A stretch of 63,623 bases of DNA, the filler included, from Nemertoderma westbladi (taxonomy: Eukaryota; Animalia; Xenacoelomorpha), in the NCBI GenBank assembly GCA_032718475.1. It is 4 parts of 4 records of this genome, joined end to end, with 100 filler letters (N's around TTAATTAATTAA, not from the genome) between each part and the next. Parts side by side here need not be neighbours in the genome. Positions count along the whole stretch, not along the records: positions 54,053 to 63,623 come from JAUCBJ010006832.1; 3 more parts are not named here. One strand, written 5' to 3'. Shown piece after piece: positions 61,254-63,623 of this stretch. The notes under the pieces were generated by a model that had not been told where the DNA came from, did not search any database, and saw nothing but the letters and a program-made list of their open reading frames with translations. The position numbers and the translations under genes were made by a program. Position 1 is the stretch's first letter. Every line of letters begins with the position of its first letter.

Positions 61254-61832
61254 GGGGGGGGGGGGGGGGGGGAAGTGTCCGGGGGGAAGTGTCCGGGGGG
61301 GAAGTGACCTACTTGGGCGGGGGGGAAGTGCCCGGGGGGGGGAGTGTCCGGGGGGGAAGTGTCCGGGGGGGAAGTGTCCTACTTGGGCGGGGGGGAAGTG
61401 TCCGGGGGGGGGGGGAAGTGTCCTGCTTGGGCGGGGGGAAGTGTCCGGGGGGAAGTGTCCTACTTGGCGGGGGAAGTGTCCGGGGGGGAAGTGTCCTACT
61501 TGGGCGGGGGGGGGGGAAGTGTCCGGGGGGAAGTGTCCTACTTGGGCGGGGGGGAAGTGTCCGGGGGGGAAGTGTCCCGGGGGGGAAGTGTCCGGGGGGG
61601 AAGTGTCCTACTTGGGCGGGGGGAAGTGTCCGGGGGGGGGGGGAAGTGTCCGGGGGGGAAGTGTCCGGGGGGGAAGTGTCCTACTTGGGCGGGGGAAGTG
61701 TCCGGGGGGAAGTGTCCGGGGGGAAGTGTCCGGGGGGAAGTGTCCTACTTGGGCGGGGGGGAAGTGTCCGGGGGGGAAGTGTCCGGGGGGGAGTGTCGGG
61801 GGGGAAGTGTCCGGGGGGGAAGTGTCCTAGAT
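61254..61832. repeat. G-rich tandem repeat (gggggaagtgtcc / tacttgggc), probably one arm of a foldback/MULE-type element; strong G-quadruplex potential
   Basis: Directly visible; ends ...gtgtcctagatcc. Confidence 0.85.
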
Positions 61833-63623
61833 CCGATCCAGAGGACAGGAGGATGAATCCGATTCAAAAGAACGCAATGAAACTTCGACTTTGGTTGATG
61901 AGGATGACGGGGAAACCGCTGACTCAGACTCAGAAGTCGAAGGATTTTTATAATTTCTTAATATAATAAATAATAATAATAATAAAAAATAATAATTTCT
62001 TTCAGTATTGCAGAATACATGGTCCTTTGTTGAGGAAGAGAACGACTCGTGGGTTCCAGTTCGCGATTTTACAACCTCGGAAACTGGTTGGAAAGGTATA
62101 GATACAACGGAATTTGAGGTAAAGGATTCATCATGCAGCGCTGTACATAAATCCTATTCATGGTTTGTCAAACTAAGCATTCACTACATACAGCGTCTGG
62201 TCCTAAACAGTTCCGAGAGTTTATTTTTTTACACGAATTGACTTATTATGCGTGAGTGAAAATGAGTTGATCGAACAACCAGGGCAAAGAGCAACATATT
62301 CAGGTTAATCCAAAACTGTATCATATCTAAATTATAGGATATGAAAACTCCCTTTTATTTTAAAAATATGAGATGTTTTTGGTTGAGTTTCTCAAATCAT
62401 TTATTACGAGATTGATAGCCCATTAAAGTATAAAAAGTCTAACACAGTATTAGTATTACTTACATCCCTGGATTTCATTACACACAGCATATAGCATTAC
62501 CTTTTTTCCAAAATTCCATCACAATGTACCACTTGAATTTATGTAACTTATTTTACTTCGTATATTGCATTGCTCCTTAAACGGGCTAATCATTATCAAA
62601 ATTTCCTTTTTTTTAGTTTTGACCCAGCATGGTTTTTGCACAAAATTTTGTGAAATTTTTACAAACCAAACACAAATTTCACAATCCAGCAGAAAAGTTT
62701 CATACTAACTTTCACACGGCATTTATTAACAAAACTTGTCTATCGTGGTGATAAAAAAAACCGCGCGATGGTAAAGATGGTTAAGGGGGGGGGGGGGGTG
62801 GTAGCGCATTATCTGACCGAAAAGTCGAATTTTTTAAACATATCCTATCTGATGCAGAATTTCATGCTGAATCCAAATATGTAAACCGTTTTCCAATATC
62901 TTGCTTCATATTCATATCAGCTTGATATCTCGGTTAGAAGATACTGGCTCCGATATATCGCGATATCGGTAAAGGAGATGAAGTTTGGGGTTTGCATTCA
63001 ATTCCTGCAAATTCTGATTATGATTTATGTATATTATGATTATTATTATGATTATGATTCTGATTTATGATTGCTCAGGCAACTTTCAAGAGTTTGCCAA
63101 ACCAAATGGTAACTTTGGTCTCTGAGAAAAGAGCTTACTTTACCCAAATTCATGTTATGTTGCTTCACAACCATTTTATCTTAAATCAAATGGTAACTTT
63201 ATTCTCTGAGAAAAGAGCTTTCGAATGAGCCTAAAACGAACTTGGAAAAACGATCACTAGAACTGGAGATTATACATTTTTTGAAGATCTCCGATGACCG
63301 ATAAGTCTATTCCGTGTAATCCCGCAAAGACCACAGAGTCGCTTATTCGAGTCCCGTCTTCATTCCGGAGACTTGAAGTTGTCTTATAAACTGATCAGTA
63401 GGTCCAATAATCATAAAAAACTCATTTGGCCTATACAGTAGTCTGGCTATTTAAAAATTAAACAAACATAATAATATTAAAATATTTTAGAATTTTTATG
63501 TTAAATGCCACAGGCTATTATTATATTATATATCACCGGGTGGCTGAGCCGATATTGCAACCTGCTGACAGCATGCATTATGTGACAAGCGTATCCTATC
63601 AATGACTGAGTGATTCTAATGCC

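Noticed and set aside
61232-61966. Gly-rich 244-aa ORF and overlapping ORFs
   Set aside because: Translation of the G-rich tandem repeat; antisense to and probably intronic in KCNQ1.
61833-62241. Acidic stretch and short ORF vaguely like a piggyBac transposase N-terminus
   Set aside because: No catalytic motifs recognisable; too weak to call.

Overview
Repeat-rich animal (probably marine invertebrate) genomic DNA. It consists of four sequence blocks joined by identical artificial 100-bp linkers (N44-TTAATTAATTAA-N44 at 15848, 33532 and 53953), so adjacency across linkers is not reliable. Block 1 has a ~7.1-kb 63-bp tandem array that appears to have grown inside a tRNA-type SINE, and a Penelope-like retroelement (RT + GIY-YIG). 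Block 2 has a BEL/Pao-like LTR-gag fragment bracketed by 135-bp inverted repeats and a decayed ~9-kb Maverick/Polinton (adintovirus-like) provirus. The provirus carries pPolB, an adenain protease split by a LINE, an ATPase remnant, a penton stub, a PLA2-integrase fusion, core-like ORFs and an intact major capsid ORF. After it come a host ShKT-domain exon and an RTE LINE with a ~106-bp target duplication. Block 3 has a MULE transposase relic, nested non-autonomous hAT/MULE elements with clean TSDs, an ELYS/AHCTF1 gene with an uninterrupted 1695-aa CDS, and a 5-kb 40-bp satellite. Block 4 has four minus-strand exons of a KCNQ1-type K+ channel, missed by the ORF track, with an atypical voltage sensor. 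All family assignments come from motif recognition by eye; no database search was run.
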